DNA of 64,000 nt from an uncultured Alphaproteobacteria bacterium (GCA_963819585.1 CAWFWP010000015.1:20886-84885); one strand, 5' to 3'. Positions 20,997 to 33,412 are shown, numbered from the stretch's first letter. The notes: generated by a model from the sequence alone, not told the origin. Numbers and translations are program-made.

Positions 20997-21312
20997 CGAC
21001 TTTCTCCTTGCGTTTCAATTCCTCGACAACCTTGTCCAGCTCGTCGAAGCGTGCATCCCAGAGCTGGCGGTACCTCTCGATCCATGCCGCCTCTTCCTCC
21101 AGTCGGCGCAGGCCGAGCCTGCAGGTCCGCACGCGCCCGACCTTTTCCGTGGTGACAAGCCCCGCCTGCTCCAGGACACCGACATGCTTCTTCATGCCCG
21201 TGAGGGTCATGCGGAACGTCGAGGCAAGGTCCGAGACCGAAGCGTCTGCACGCCCGAGCTGCTCCAGAACACCGCGTCGGGTGGCATCCGAGAGCGCGGA
21301 GAACGAAGTCAT
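20983..21312 (-). CDS. ArsR/SmtB-family transcriptional regulator
   Basis: MTSFSALSDATRRGVLEQLGRADASVSDLASTFRMTLTGMKKHVGVLEQAGLVTTEKVGRVRTCRL is a winged HTH. Confidence 0.85.
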   Translation of the reverse strand: MTSFSALSDATRRGVLEQLGRADASVSDLASTFRMTLTGMKKHVGVLEQAGLVTTEKVGRVRTCRLGLRRLEEEAAWIERYRQLWDARFDELDKVVEELKRKEKVDGRK

Positions 21313-21330
21313 CGAATCGGGTCTGGATAT

Positions 21331-21350
21331 ACTGAACCATTTGGTTCAGT
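21331..21350. promoter_or_regulatory. ArsR-type operator ACTGAACCA-TT-TGGTTCAGT just upstream of the arsR-like gene
   Basis: Perfect 9-2-9 palindrome about 20 bp upstream of the arsR-like start codon. Confidence 0.5.
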
Positions 21351-21493
21351 TTTTATAGCTTGGATTTGCGGCATGCAAGTGGGGTCCGAACGCCCGCTGC
21401 GTTACCATCCGGCGGTCAGGTTCTGTCCTCGGTTCCACAAGGCTCGCTGACCGCTCCGACCCGCACGACGGGGCAGCCATCAACCGCTCGCCG

Positions 21494-21519
21494 AACGAAA
21501 AGGGGGCCACAGGCCCCCC
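21494..21519 (-). terminator. clpB terminator (GGGGGCC-aca-GGCCCCC plus TTTTCGTT on the minus strand)
   Basis: GC hairpin and a T-tract immediately downstream of the clpB stop at 21527. Confidence 0.55.
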
Positions 21520-21526
21520 GTCGCTC

Positions 21527-24146
<2,620 letters not shown>

Positions 24147-24222
24147 CGGTCCGTCTCCTTCCAAAAAGCCCCCGGTCCGCCTCGCCCGCCTCTGCGGCAC
24201 GAACACTCCGGGTCTTGACCTT

Positions 24223-24252
24223 CACTTGGTTTCTCGCCGGAGCCTTTTCAAG
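24223..24252 (-). promoter_or_regulatory. Candidate sigma32-type heat-shock promoter for clpB (CTTGAAA-N16-CCAAGTG)
   Basis: The -35 matches TTGAAA, the -10 is weak, and the position is about 75 nt upstream of the clpB ATG. Confidence 0.2.
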
Positions 24253-24318
24253 CCATGAACGTTTCCTCAACCATGCCGCCGCATAGTCCGCCACGACCTG
24301 TCCAGAACGGAGGTTCCC

Positions 24319-24573
24319 ATGCGCATCCTGTCCGCCCGTGTCCTGCGCGCCCGACGCGACCGCGCGATCGCCCGGGTCGAGGCCATCGTCACCCTCACCG
24401 CGCTCGCGCTTGACGCCCTATCCCCCGAAACTGTCCATATCGCCGTGTCAGCCCCCGCAACCGCCGAAGATGCACCACCCCTGCGTCAGCGCCTCATCGC
24501 CGCCGCCAAGCTGACCCACGCCGCCGCGCCCCGCGCGATGCGCGCGCGCACATGGCACCGTCACGCGGCGTAG
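24319..24573 (+). CDS. Hypothetical small protein (84 aa)
   Basis: GGAGG RBS 7 nt upstream of the ATG. No family recognised. Confidence 0.35.
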   Translation: MRILSARVLRARRDRAIARVEAIVTLTALALDALSPETVHIAVSAPATAEDAPPLRQRLIAAAKLTHAAAPRAMRARTWHRHAA

Positions 24574-25283
24574 GCCGCGGCCCTCAGCGCCCGCACCTCG
24601 TCCGCATCCGTCACGATCCGCTCCGGCACCCCGAAGCCCAGTGCCACCGCCCTCAGATCAAGCTGCACATACCCCTCGCAGGCCGAATGCACCTCGCTGA
24701 CCGGCACGGCCCGCAGCAGCGCCGCCACATTCCCGGATGTGATCCCCGCCCCCGGCATGATCCCGATCCGCCCCCGCGCCATGCCCACGATCCTCGCCAG
24801 CGCCTCTACCCCCTCCGGCGCGCCCACCGCCCCGCCCGAGGTCAGGATACGATTGAACCCGAGGCGCACCGCCATCTCCACCGCCTCGCTAAAATCCGGC
24901 ACGAGGTCGAACGCCCGGTGCAGCGTCACGCTCATCGGCCCCGCCGCCGCACGCAACCGCGCCAGCGCGCCCTCGTCCAGCCGCCCGTCCCGCAGCGACG
25001 CCCCGATCACCACCCCCGCCAGCCCAGCCGCCTTCGCCGCTGCAATGTCATCGACCATCGTCGCCACTTCGTCCGCACCGAAACAGAAATCCCCCGCCCG
25101 GCTCCGGATCAGCGCATGCACCGGCACACCCACCGATGCCGCCCGCCGCATCTGCCCGAAGGACGGCGTCAGCCCGCCCACCTCCAGCGCCGAACACAGC
25201 TCCACGCGGTCCGCACCCCCAGCGACCGCTGCCAGCATCCCGTCAGTCGAGTCGGTGCAGACCTCCAGAAGCACTCCCGCCAT
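24561..25283 (-). CDS. cutC: Copper homeostasis protein CutC
   Basis: MAGVLLEVCTDSTDGMLAAVAGGADRVELCSALEVGGLTPS... is TIM-barrel CutC, 240 aa. Confidence 0.85.
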   Translation of the reverse strand: MAGVLLEVCTDSTDGMLAAVAGGADRVELCSALEVGGLTPSFGQMRRAASVGVPVHALIRSRAGDFCFGADEVATMVDDIAAAKAAGLAGVVIGASLRDGRLDEGALARLRAAAGPMSVTLHRAFDLVPDFSEAVEMAVRLGFNRILTSGGAVGAPEGVEALARIVGMARGRIGIMPGAGITSGNVAALLRAVPVSEVHSACEGYVQLDLRAVALGFGVPERIVTDADEVRALRAAAYAA

Positions 25284-25338
25284 TCCGAACCCTCCCGTAT
25301 CGCGTCAGGTCCTGCATAGCGCCCGGTCGCGATCCGAT

Positions 25339-25756
25339 CTACAACGCCCTGATCCGGTTGTTGCGCGGATTGTGCTCCACTTCCGCCAGCCCCAGCACCT
25401 CAAGCACCGGTGCCACGTAGTTCCCGAACCGACCGCGATACCCTTTCCGCAGCCCGTAATAGCCACCGACCGGGTTGCCTTCGTCGCGCGCCCAGCCCTC
25501 CAGCGACCCGTCCTGCGACGGGTTTGCCCTCATCCGCGTTCCCGATCGCAACCCAGTCACCCCGTGACTTCAGCATCGCCACCGCATCCCCGATTCCACG
25601 CAGCGCATACGACAGCCGCGTCGTGCCCACCTGCACGACCAGCGCAGGCGGGTTCAGGCTCTCGTCCCGCCACGCCTGAAACTCCGACGTCTGCGGCGGT
25701 GTCTTCAGAACCCAGGGGTCCGCCGCCGTCCCGTTTCCATACGTCACCGTGTTCAT
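25339..25756 (-). CDS. Conserved hypothetical protein; frameshift near 25550
   Basis: MNTVTYGNGTAADPWVLKTPPQTSEFQAWRDE...GDWVAIGNADE continues in another frame as ...SLEGWARDEGNPVGGYYGLRKGYRGRFGNYVAPVLEVLGLAEV. Confidence 0.4.
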
Positions 25757-25757
25757 C

Positions 25758-26174
25758 TCATGCTCCCTCCGTCAGACGTTTCAATCCATCAGCAAACTCA
25801 TCGAAGCTTGGCTGCATGTCCGGCATGCTCCGCCAGATCAGCGGCAGCATCAGACCCTTGTAAACCTCCGCCATATGAAATGACGTGCCGTCCCGCCCGG
25901 GGGTCAGCGTGAAAGTCCTCGTCCCGTTGAAAATCAGCGGCGCTCCGCTTGTCCATACCATCCGGCGAGGTGCCTCGGCCTCCGTCACTTTCAGGTTGAA
26001 AACCCGTCCGGGCGCAATCCTGCTTTCCAGCTTGATCGTCTGGCCGGCCGCGATCCGCCCCTGAAGACGTACAACGCCCAGACCGCCCTCCATCAGCCGC
26101 GTCGGGTCGGTCAGAACCGCCCAGACTGCCTCTGCGCTCGCCGCAATCTGTCGGCGCACTTCGATCACCTTCAT
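25758..26174 (-). CDS. SRPBCC-superfamily (polyketide cyclase/dehydrase-like) protein
   Basis: MKVIEVRRQIAASAEAVWAVLTDPTRL..., 138 aa. Confidence 0.65.
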   Translation of the reverse strand: MKVIEVRRQIAASAEAVWAVLTDPTRLMEGGLGVVRLQGRIAAGQTIKLESRIAPGRVFNLKVTEAEAPRRMVWTSGAPLIFNGTRTFTLTPGRDGTSFHMAEVYKGLMLPLIWRSMPDMQPSFDEFADGLKRLTEGA

Positions 26175-26253
26175 GACTATTACCTTCTGTCAGACCACAA
26201 GAACCGCTATAGACCACCAAACCAGACATCTTGTGTCATATTCAAATCGCCCC

Positions 26254-26940
26254 ATGCGTGCCTCGCGCCTTCTCCGCATCCTTCTCCTGCTTCAGAACCG
26301 CGGCCGCATGACCTCGGCCCGGCTGGCAGCCGAATTAGAGGTCGCGCCCCGCACCATCCTGCGCGACGTCGATGCGATGACCGAGGCAGGGCTGCCCATC
26401 GTCGTCCATCAGGGCAATCAGGGCGGGATCGAGCTTGGGTTCAACTACCGCACGCGCCTGACCGGCCTTGACCGCGACGAGGCCCGCGCGCTCGGCCTGA
26501 TCCTCGCGACGGCCAATCCGGTCATCGCTACGCTCGGCCTCACATCCGCCGCCGACCGCGCCCGCACCAAGCTTCTTGAAAGCCTCCCCGACACCGTTCG
26601 TGACGAGGCGACCGGCGCAGCCGCGCGTTTCCTCTATGACCCGCCCGCCGATCACTCCGATCCACGCATGTCCGCCATGGCCCGCGCTGTCCAGAACCGC
26701 CTTGCCGTCCGCCTGCGCACGGAAACCCTCGCGCCGGTCCGCATCCATCCGGCGGCTCTTGCCTTCGGTGCCAACGGCTGGACCGTCAGCGACGCGCTGT
26801 CCGGCAGCAGGATCCCTCTGACCGACTGGGGCGACATCAATATCTCCGGCGTCCCCTTTGGCGGCTTGACGCCCGGCCTCCCCGGCTCCATGAAGCCGGG
26901 CGCGCCCAAGCGGAGGAAATCCGATGCCCGCACGATTTGA
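26254..26940 (+). CDS. YafY-family transcriptional regulator (HTH plus WYL domain)
   Basis: MRASRLLRILLLLQNRGRMTSARLAAELEVAPRTILRDVDAMTEAGLPIV... is a DeoR-like HTH with a WYL-type C-terminal domain. Confidence 0.75.
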   Translation: MRASRLLRILLLLQNRGRMTSARLAAELEVAPRTILRDVDAMTEAGLPIVVHQGNQGGIELGFNYRTRLTGLDRDEARALGLILATANPVIATLGLTSAADRARTKLLESLPDTVRDEATGAAARFLYDPPADHSDPRMSAMARAVQNRLAVRLRTETLAPVRIHPAALAFGANGWTVSDALSGSRIPLTDWGDINISGVPFGGLTPGLPGSMKPGAPKRRKSDARTI

Positions 26941-27625
26941 CGACCGCCTGATCGTCGCGCTTGACGTGCCGACAGCACTTGCGGGCCTCGAACTCGCCCG
27001 CCGCCTCGGTCCTGCCGTCCACTTCTACAAGATCGGCCTCGGCATGCTCACCGGCGGCGGCCTCGCCCTTGCCAATGAACTCAAGCAGGACTTCGGCAAG
27101 CGCATCTTCCTCGACATGAAACTCTTCGACATCGGCGCGACCGTCGAAGCTGCCGTGCGCGGCCTTGCACAGTACGAGATCGACTTTCTGACCGTCCACG
27201 GCGACCCGTATGTGGTCCGCGCCGCCAAAGAGGGGGCTGGGGGCAAGGACCTGAAAATCCTGGCCGTCACCATCCTGACCTCGCTCGACCGCGCCGACCT
27301 CGACGCCGCCTTGATCCGCCCCGGCCCGATGGAAGAGATTGTCCTCGCCCGCGCTGCCGCTGCCCTCGATGCGGGCGCGGACGGCGTCATCGCCTCGCCG
27401 CAGGAGGCCGCCGCGATCCGTGCGCTGCCGCAGGCGAAGGGCAAGCTGATCGTCACGCCCGGCGTGCGACCTCCCGGTGCCGACATGGGCGACCAGAAGC
27501 GCACCGCAACCCCGGCCGAGGCGCTGGCCGCCGGGGCTGATCACATCGTCGTCGGCCGCCCCGTCTGGTCCGCGCCGGACCCGAGGCGCGCGGTGGAGGC
27601 GATATTGGCAACAATCGCCCAATAG
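26924..27625 (+). CDS. pyrF: Orotidine-5'-phosphate decarboxylase
   Basis: …RLIVALDVPTALAGLELARRLGPAVHFYKIGLGM…DMKLFDIGATV…. Confidence 0.9.
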   Translation: MPARFDDRLIVALDVPTALAGLELARRLGPAVHFYKIGLGMLTGGGLALANELKQDFGKRIFLDMKLFDIGATVEAAVRGLAQYEIDFLTVHGDPYVVRAAKEGAGGKDLKILAVTILTSLDRADLDAALIRPGPMEEIVLARAAAALDAGADGVIASPQEAAAIRALPQAKGKLIVTPGVRPPGADMGDQKRTATPAEALAAGADHIVVGRPVWSAPDPRRAVEAILATIAQ

Positions 27626-27750
27626 GCCGGGACTGATCCAAATGGAGCGAGCGTTGAACCGCTGACATCACGGCATGGTTGTGTCCGCTCCGCGAACCCG
27701 ACAACATCGCCCCCACTCGCAACTGCTATGCACCACAGGGGGTCCTCGAT

Positions 27751-28190
27751 TGCCTAAGCGCCTTTTACTTGCTGCCCTGATCGCAGCCACCGTTTCGATG
27801 TCCGGCATGACAGCGGCAAAGACACCGGAAGTCGACCCGGCCAACGACTTTGCCGGAATATCCTACGGTATCACTTCGAGCGGCAAAGCTGTCGTCTTTG
27901 CCGGGGTCAGAGAGATTGGCGGCAAGGTTGCGGTCTGCGGAATCGTCTTCTTCGAAAAAGCGACCGGCACAACAAAAAGCATCGAGCCTGACTTCACGCA
28001 GCAGATCTCATTTTCTATCAGCGGCAAGTCCCTCAGGGTCCAGACGAGTCTGTTTTCGCGCTTCCCCAGCGAAGCAGAGGCCATCAAGGGCAAGGCCCGG
28101 TGCTCGGTCACAAATCGCGCCTGGGACCCCGGTTACGCCAAAACCAAACTCAAAATGGATCTCTCGAGCATGGCCCAAGTCCGGCACTAA
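27751..28190 (+). CDS. Secreted hypothetical protein; TTG/other start uncertain
   Basis: Signal peptide LPKRLLLAALIAATVSMSGMTAA. No family recognised. Confidence 0.4.
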
Positions 28191-28292
28191 CTCTGCCGCT
28201 TGTCCGACAAGGTATCCGGCCATGCAACGACTGGGCCAGCGATTGTGCGCCCGGTCCTAAGGGTTGGCGGGCCGAAACCTGTCGGCCCGTCC

Positions 28293-28427
28293 TCACACCA
28301 CCAGCCACATAAACCCGCCCACGAACACCACCAATAACCCCCCGAACACGGCCCATCCGCCCAGACCGCTTTTCTTCTGTTTCCGCCTGAAATCCAGCCG
28401 CTCTTGAGAGCTGTTGGTGAACTGCAT
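28293..28427 (-). CDS. Putative 44-aa small membrane protein
   Basis: MQFTNSSQERLDFRRKQKKSGLGGWAVFGGLLVVFVGGFMWLVV has a basic N-terminus and a single hydrophobic helix. It is not in the ORF track because it is under 60 aa. Confidence 0.3.
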   Translation of the reverse strand: MQFTNSSQERLDFRRKQKKSGLGGWAVFGGLLVVFVGGFMWLVV

Positions 28428-28692
28428 CGGCGTCTGCTGATATGTTGCCACGGTGTTTTCCTTTCCGGATCAGGGGCTTGACGCCCACTACACCTTCCCG
28501 GACCGGACCCTAGCACACAGCCCCACCCACTTTGCACCCCACCCCCGACGGGCCAGCGGTAGCCTGCCAAACGGCCACGCCGCATCGGCGGAAACCCCCA
28601 AATCACGCCCCGGAACACACGATTTCGCGGCATCTGTGCCCTTCGCGCATCACGCCGTCCGGCACCTCGCCCCGCACCAAACCAGCGCTGGG

Positions 28693-28724
28693 AAAAAGGG
28701 CCGCGCCCTTCCTGGACGCGGCCC
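28693..28724 (-). terminator. Rho-independent terminator (GGGCCGCG-loop-CGCGGCCC plus T5 on the minus strand) downstream of the DUF892 gene
   Basis: 8-bp GC stem with A5 on the plus strand (T5 on the minus strand), 35 bp after the stop at 28759. Confidence 0.55.
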
Positions 28725-28758
28725 CCGACACACTCTTCCGTGGCGGGCTTGAACCCGG

Positions 28759-29256
28759 TCAGGCGGCCTTCGACGCCGGACGCCCGGCATTGACCGTCGT
28801 CACGGCCAGCCCCGTCAGCTTCGCGTTCGCCGCCTTTTCCATGTCCAGGATCTGGCCCAGCAGATCATGCGCTTCGGTATGGCCCAAGACCTTCGCCCAC
28901 TCCCGAAGCGCGCCATAACGCGCGATCTCGTAATGCTCAACCGCCTGCGCCGCCGCGATCAGCGCCGCGTCAAGCGCGACGCCCGACGCTTCCTTGATGA
29001 TGCCCTCGGTCTCCTTGATCAGGCCTTCGATGGCATCGCATTTCTCGCCCTTGGCGGGCTGGCCGAGGCTGGCAAAGACCTTGTCCAGCAGTTTGATCTG
29101 CTCCCTGGTCTCGGCCAGATGCATCGTCACCGCCTCTTTCAGCGCGGCACTGCCCGCCGCAGCTGCGACCTTCGGCAGCGCCTTGGTCAGCGCCGTCTCG
29201 GCATAGTAGATGTCCTGCAGGGTATGGGTGAAGGCGTCATCAAGCGTTTTCATCAT
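28759..29256 (-). CDS. Ferritin-like DUF892 (YciE/YciF family) protein
   Basis: MMKTLDDAFTHTLQDIYYAETALTKALPK…EHYEIARYGAL…. Confidence 0.8.
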   Translation of the reverse strand: MMKTLDDAFTHTLQDIYYAETALTKALPKVAAAAGSAALKEAVTMHLAETREQIKLLDKVFASLGQPAKGEKCDAIEGLIKETEGIIKEASGVALDAALIAAAQAVEHYEIARYGALREWAKVLGHTEAHDLLGQILDMEKAANAKLTGLAVTTVNAGRPASKAA

Positions 29257-29343
29257 CGTCTCCTTGAATGGGTTCTGCTTCGGCGTCAGGTCCGCGTGCG
29301 GGGTCGCACGCGGACCTCCGTGCCGCCGTTTCGGCTCACAGGC

Positions 29344-29724
29344 TTACGGCGCGGGTGCCGGCGTCGCGGGTGCCGGGGTCGCCGGGGCGGGCGGATCGGT
29401 CCCATCCGGCGCTGCCGCCGGATCGGCCGTTGTCGCATCCGCTGCCGGGGCGGGCGCGGCGGCCGGGTCCGTCGCCGCCGGTGCCGTGGCCGCAGGTTCC
29501 GCCGCCACGGGAGCCGTCGTGTCAGTCGCCGTGCGGTCAGGCCCCAGAACGGCCCAGCCGACCAGTGCCGCGATCACGATGGCAACGATCACGCCGACCG
29601 TGGTGCCGGTCGACATGCCGCTCGGGCCGGTCTGGTTGACATAGGTGTTGCCGGGCCGTGTCGATGTGCCGTCGGCGCGATAGGCCGGATCGCCCGGAGT
29701 TGGATTGGTGCGCATATCGGTCAT
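29344..29724 (-). CDS. Membrane-anchored protein with a Pro/Ala/Thr-rich low-complexity tail
   Basis: AAAGGA RBS before the ATG at 29724. TM segment VGVIVAIVIAALVGWAVL. The tail is PAPATPAPATPAPAP. Confidence 0.45.
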   Translation of the reverse strand: MTDMRTNPTPGDPAYRADGTSTRPGNTYVNQTGPSGMSTGTTVGVIVAIVIAALVGWAVLGPDRTATDTTAPVAAEPAATAPAATDPAAAPAPAADATTADPAAAPDGTDPPAPATPAPATPAPAP

Positions 29725-29816
29725 GGGATCAGTCCTTTCGGTTGATGCGATGCCGGTCAACGCGCGTGCTCCCGCATCGTTCCCTGACAGCACAGCACCC
29801 GGCGAAATCCCGCGTC

Positions 29817-30230
29817 TCAGCTCAGCGCAGCCAGAAACTCCGCCAGCCTGTCCCGCAGCGACGGCACCGCGCGTTCATGCGCCATGAAGGCCGCCACCTC
29901 CATCATCTCCCAGCGCTGCCCCTCGCTGCCGAACCGCACCGCCTCCACTTCCGCGGCCGTCACCCGCCCGCCGAAGAACACCCCCCGTCGCCCCGGCAGA
30001 TGCGCCGACGGATAGTCCCGCCGCCATGTCAGCCGCTCTTCCCCCAGCCGCAGCCCGAACTCCTCCTCAAGCTCGCGCAGCACGCAATCCTCCGCCGTCT
30101 CGCCCCCCTCGCGCCCGCCCCCCGGCAGGTCCCAGAACCCCGGATACGGCAGGCCCGCGAAGTCATCCCGCAGATAGCACAGCACCCGGCTGCCCAGGAT
30201 CAGCGCCAGCTTCGCCCCTGCGAACTCCAT
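29817..30230 (-). CDS. NUDIX hydrolase
   Basis: The Nudix box GGGREGGETAEDCVLRELEEEFG is present. Confidence 0.8.
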   Translation of the reverse strand: MEFAGAKLALILGSRVLCYLRDDFAGLPYPGFWDLPGGGREGGETAEDCVLRELEEEFGLRLGEERLTWRRDYPSAHLPGRRGVFFGGRVTAAEVEAVRFGSEGQRWEMMEVAAFMAHERAVPSLRDRLAEFLAALS

Positions 30231-30269
30231 CGCCCGGCACCTCTCTTCCGCTCCTGCGGCGGCCCGCGA

Positions 30270-31404
30270 TCAGGCCCGTCCCGCAGAATATATGTCCGCC
30301 AGCCGCAGGTCCGGGTCGGCGAACGCCCCGCAGCGCGTCAGGATATCCCGCAGCCGCGCTATGCGCTCCGCGCTCAGCCGCGCAGTCGTGACCTCGCGCG
30401 CGACATGCGTCCCTGCCTGCGAATCCGCCTCGAAGGCCGCCAGCGCGCCCTCCGCGTAAACCTCCGGCAGCCCGCAATGGCTCAGGATGCGCCGGACCGA
30501 CTCCAGCCGGTCGCGGTTGAACTCATTGTAGCGCATCGCCAGAAACCGCACCCCGCCGTCCAGCTGCCGCGTGTATTCCGCCATCAGGTCGGCCCAGACC
30601 GGCGCAAGCGGCAGCTCCAGCGGAATATCCGGCGCATCGGTGCCGATCAGGTCGGCAAGTCCCGCGGGCTCCTTCGCCCCCGTGAAAATGCTCCATGCCG
30701 CTGTCCGGCCCGCGCCCGACGCCATGTCGGGATAGCCGTATTGCCGCAGCATCCCATAGACCGAATTCGCCCAGCCCAGCGCGTCGCGGTAAAGGAAGAT
30801 ATGCGCGGCGTCCGGCAGGGCCTCCCGGTAAAGATCAGCCTGATAGAGCGACTGGTTGCGGAACTTCACCGCGAAGACCTCCGCCCCCCGCCCCGACAGG
30901 CGGCCGGCATTGGACCTTGGTGATCGCCCGGATCAGCCGCACCACCCGGTCGCGCGGAAACGCTGCGCGCCTCAGCGAATGATAGTGCTGCATCACCAGC
31001 GTCGAATAGGCGTCCGGCTCCGACAGGCACCAGACGCCCGGCACCGCGTTCAGCGCGTGGCTCAGCAGTGTCGATCCGCAGCGCCCCGTCGAGAACACCA
31101 GAACCGTCCGCCCCGGCAGCGGCAGCCTCTCCGCCGCCGCCTCGAACTCTGCCAGCGGCAGCGCCGCCACCCGCTGCGCCAGCCGGTGCTGCGTTAGATA
31201 GGCGAACGGGCTTCCCGCCAGATCGGTCCCCGGCGGCAGGTCCGTGAAGACCGCGAGGTCCCGCGCCTCGTCCAGACCATACAGCGACCAGCCCATCACC
31301 TTCGCCGGGTCCGCCGTCACCCCCGGCCCCAGCTCAAAATCATCAAGGTTCGCCCAGCCCGCCATGTCGCGCCGCCCCAGAACCTCGTGGACCGATGCGC
31401 TCAT
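30270..31404 (-). CDS. Sulfotransferase-like protein (paralog of 18272..19441; P-loop GRCGSTLL); frameshift near 30880
   Basis: The N-terminal part is ORF 30835..31404 (…LVFSTGRCGSTLLSHALN…). The C-terminal part is ORF 30270..30869 (…HIFLYRDALGWANSVYG…). The two halves are collinear with the intact paralog. Confidence 0.55.
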
Positions 31405-31426
31405 GGTGGTCTCTCCCGCCTGACCC

Positions 31427-31696
31427 TCAGTCGTTCACGTCCTTCTTCCAGACCTTCACCTGGCCCTCATGCCGCCCGAACACCGCCCTTAAGCCCAGCC
31501 ACGCCCCCAATGAGGCCACCGCGAACACCGCCAGCATCAGGCTCAGCGACCCGCCCAACACCCCCACCAGCACCAGCAGCCCGGTGATCGCCGCCCCGCC
31601 CGCAAATCCCAGGAACACGAACGCCGGCACCACCAGCTCCAGGATCGCCAGCAGCCCCGCCGCCACCATCCAGACCCACCATTCCTGCCACCACAT
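31427..31696 (-). CDS. NfeD-like short membrane protein
   Basis: MWWQEWWVWMVAAGLLAILELVVPAFVFLGFAGG…VKVWKK; its ATG overlaps the SPFH stop (TGATG). Confidence 0.6.
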   Translation of the reverse strand: MWWQEWWVWMVAAGLLAILELVVPAFVFLGFAGGAAITGLLVLVGVLGGSLSLMLAVFAVASLGAWLGLRAVFGRHEGQVKVWKKDVND

Positions 31697-32575
31697 CACG
31701 TCCGCCCCTTCAGCATCCTGAACGCGTCGCCGAACGCATCCAGCGCCTGCGCCGGCACGATGATCGTCTGCTTGCCCGCCCCCTGGCCCACCGCCGTCAG
31801 CGCCTCGACCTGCTTCAGCGCCACCTGATACTGCGCCGCCTCCAGCCCGTTCTCCTTGATCGCCACCGCGATCACCCCCGTCGCATAGGCCTCCGCATCC
31901 GCCAGAACCCGCCGCGCCTTCGCCCCCTGCTCCGCCGCGTAAAGCTCCGCATCCGCGTTCAGCTCCACCGCCCGCTTGCGCCCCTCGGCTTCCGTCACAT
32001 TCGCCCGCCGCGCCCGCTCCGCGTTCAGCTGCTGCAGCATCGCCGCCCGCGTCGCCTCGTCCAGGTTCACGTCCAGCAGTCTCCGCCCGCGTCACCTCGA
32101 TGCCCCAGTCATCCACCATCGCGCGCACCTGCTCGCGGATGTTCGCCGTCAGCGCCGTCCGGTTCGACTGCACCTGATCCAGCTCCATCTTGCCGATCTC
32201 GCTCCGCACGATCCCCGCCACCGTCGTCGCGATCGCCGCATCCACGTCGCGGATCCGGTACACCGTCTTTTCCGGCTCGGTGATCCGGTAGAACACGCTC
32301 GTCTCGACCTTCACCAGCACGTTGTCCGTCGTGATCGCGTCCTGCTGCGCCGTCGGCAGCTGCCGCTCCAGAATGCTGATCTTGTGCGCCACCCGGTCGA
32401 GGAACGGCACGATGAAGTTGATCCCCGGCCCCAGCACCGCGCGCAGCCGCCCGAAGCGTTCGACCACATGCTTCTCCGACTGCGGCACGATCCGCACGCC
32501 GAGGAAGATGCAGAGGATGAGGAAGGCGGCAAGGACAAGCCAGACGGAATTGCCGTTGAGAAGGTCGGCGGGCAT
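31696..32575 (-). CDS. SPFH/band-7 (stomatin/slipin-like) protein; frameshift near 32090
   Basis: MPADLLNGNSVWLVLAAFLILCIFLGVRIVPQSEKHVVERFGRL… continues in a second frame: …NLDEATRAAMLQQLNAERARRANVTEAEGRKRA… RBS AAGGAG. Confidence 0.8.
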
Positions 32576-32796
32576 GGGGGCTCCTTAAGGGGCGCTACGG
32601 TCGGCGCGGAGTATGCCGGGGGGAGGAGGCGGGGGGAAGGGGGGAGGGTGAGGATGGAAGAGGGTATCTCCCGATCCCAGAATGTATTGGGGTCCCAAGG
32701 TACTTGGCGCCACTCTACGGCTGCGAAATTCAACTTGCCGGCTTGTCAAGGATCAGTTAGCTTTGCGCCATTAAGATAGAGCAATTGGTTGCCCTC

Positions 32797-33333
32797 ATGG
32801 TTAGAAGCACACCCCGTTCTAATCGACCCTCAGAAACTCCTGCTGGAAACTCTCTACCATCTCGTCTTTGGCAGGAATTGTCGAATAAAATCATAGTTGC
32901 GATCTGCACATTGGCTGCCGCCGGCATTGGTAGCGCACTTTATCTGAGCTGGGATTCTATAAAAATAAAGCTGGGACAATCGGTCATCAATATCGTTGGC
33001 TCTGAACTTTCAAAAAAGAGCAGCAATATGTCAATCCTAGTTGGAGAAATCGTAGCCTCTGAGCTTTCCAAGAAGGACAGCGGCATCTCAAAATTAGTGG
33101 AAGCACGCGCCAAAGCTGCAATTAACCGAACATTTGGGGCCGTAAGCGCCGGCCAAGCATCAATAAATGCACAGTATAACGACCATATACTTTATGTATA
33201 TTGCCCGCCCTCCCACGAAGGTCAGTTAATTGTGTCGGTTGAGGGCATTGATACTGGTGAGCGGATAATTGTTACAATGGCAGAGCAGCCTCCAATTACC
33301 ATTGATAATAACGTCGACGAATCGCCCGTTTGA
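32797..33333 (+). CDS. Low-GC islet ORF A: single-pass membrane protein with internal SELSKK repeats
   Basis: TM segment IIVAICTLAAAGIGSALYLSW. The repeats are GSELSKKSSNMS and ASELSKKDSGIS. Codon usage is AT-rich, unlike the host. Confidence 0.45.
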   Translation: MVRSTPRSNRPSETPAGNSLPSRLWQELSNKIIVAICTLAAAGIGSALYLSWDSIKIKLGQSVINIVGSELSKKSSNMSILVGEIVASELSKKDSGISKLVEARAKAAINRTFGAVSAGQASINAQYNDHILYVYCPPSHEGQLIVSVEGIDTGERIIVTMAEQPPITIDNNVDESPV

Positions 33334-33412
33334 AATAGTGACCCCGTCATTAATGAAGCGAGACTCAAGTGGCGCAGGCCCGCAAACCATTATGACGGTA
33401 AACGAGGGTATT

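Noticed and set aside
31467-32070. Gly/Ala-rich low-complexity protein in the middle of ORF 31427..32575
   Set aside because: It is a wrong-frame read-through of the SPFH gene after a frameshift. The proper continuation is ORF 31696..32070 in another frame.
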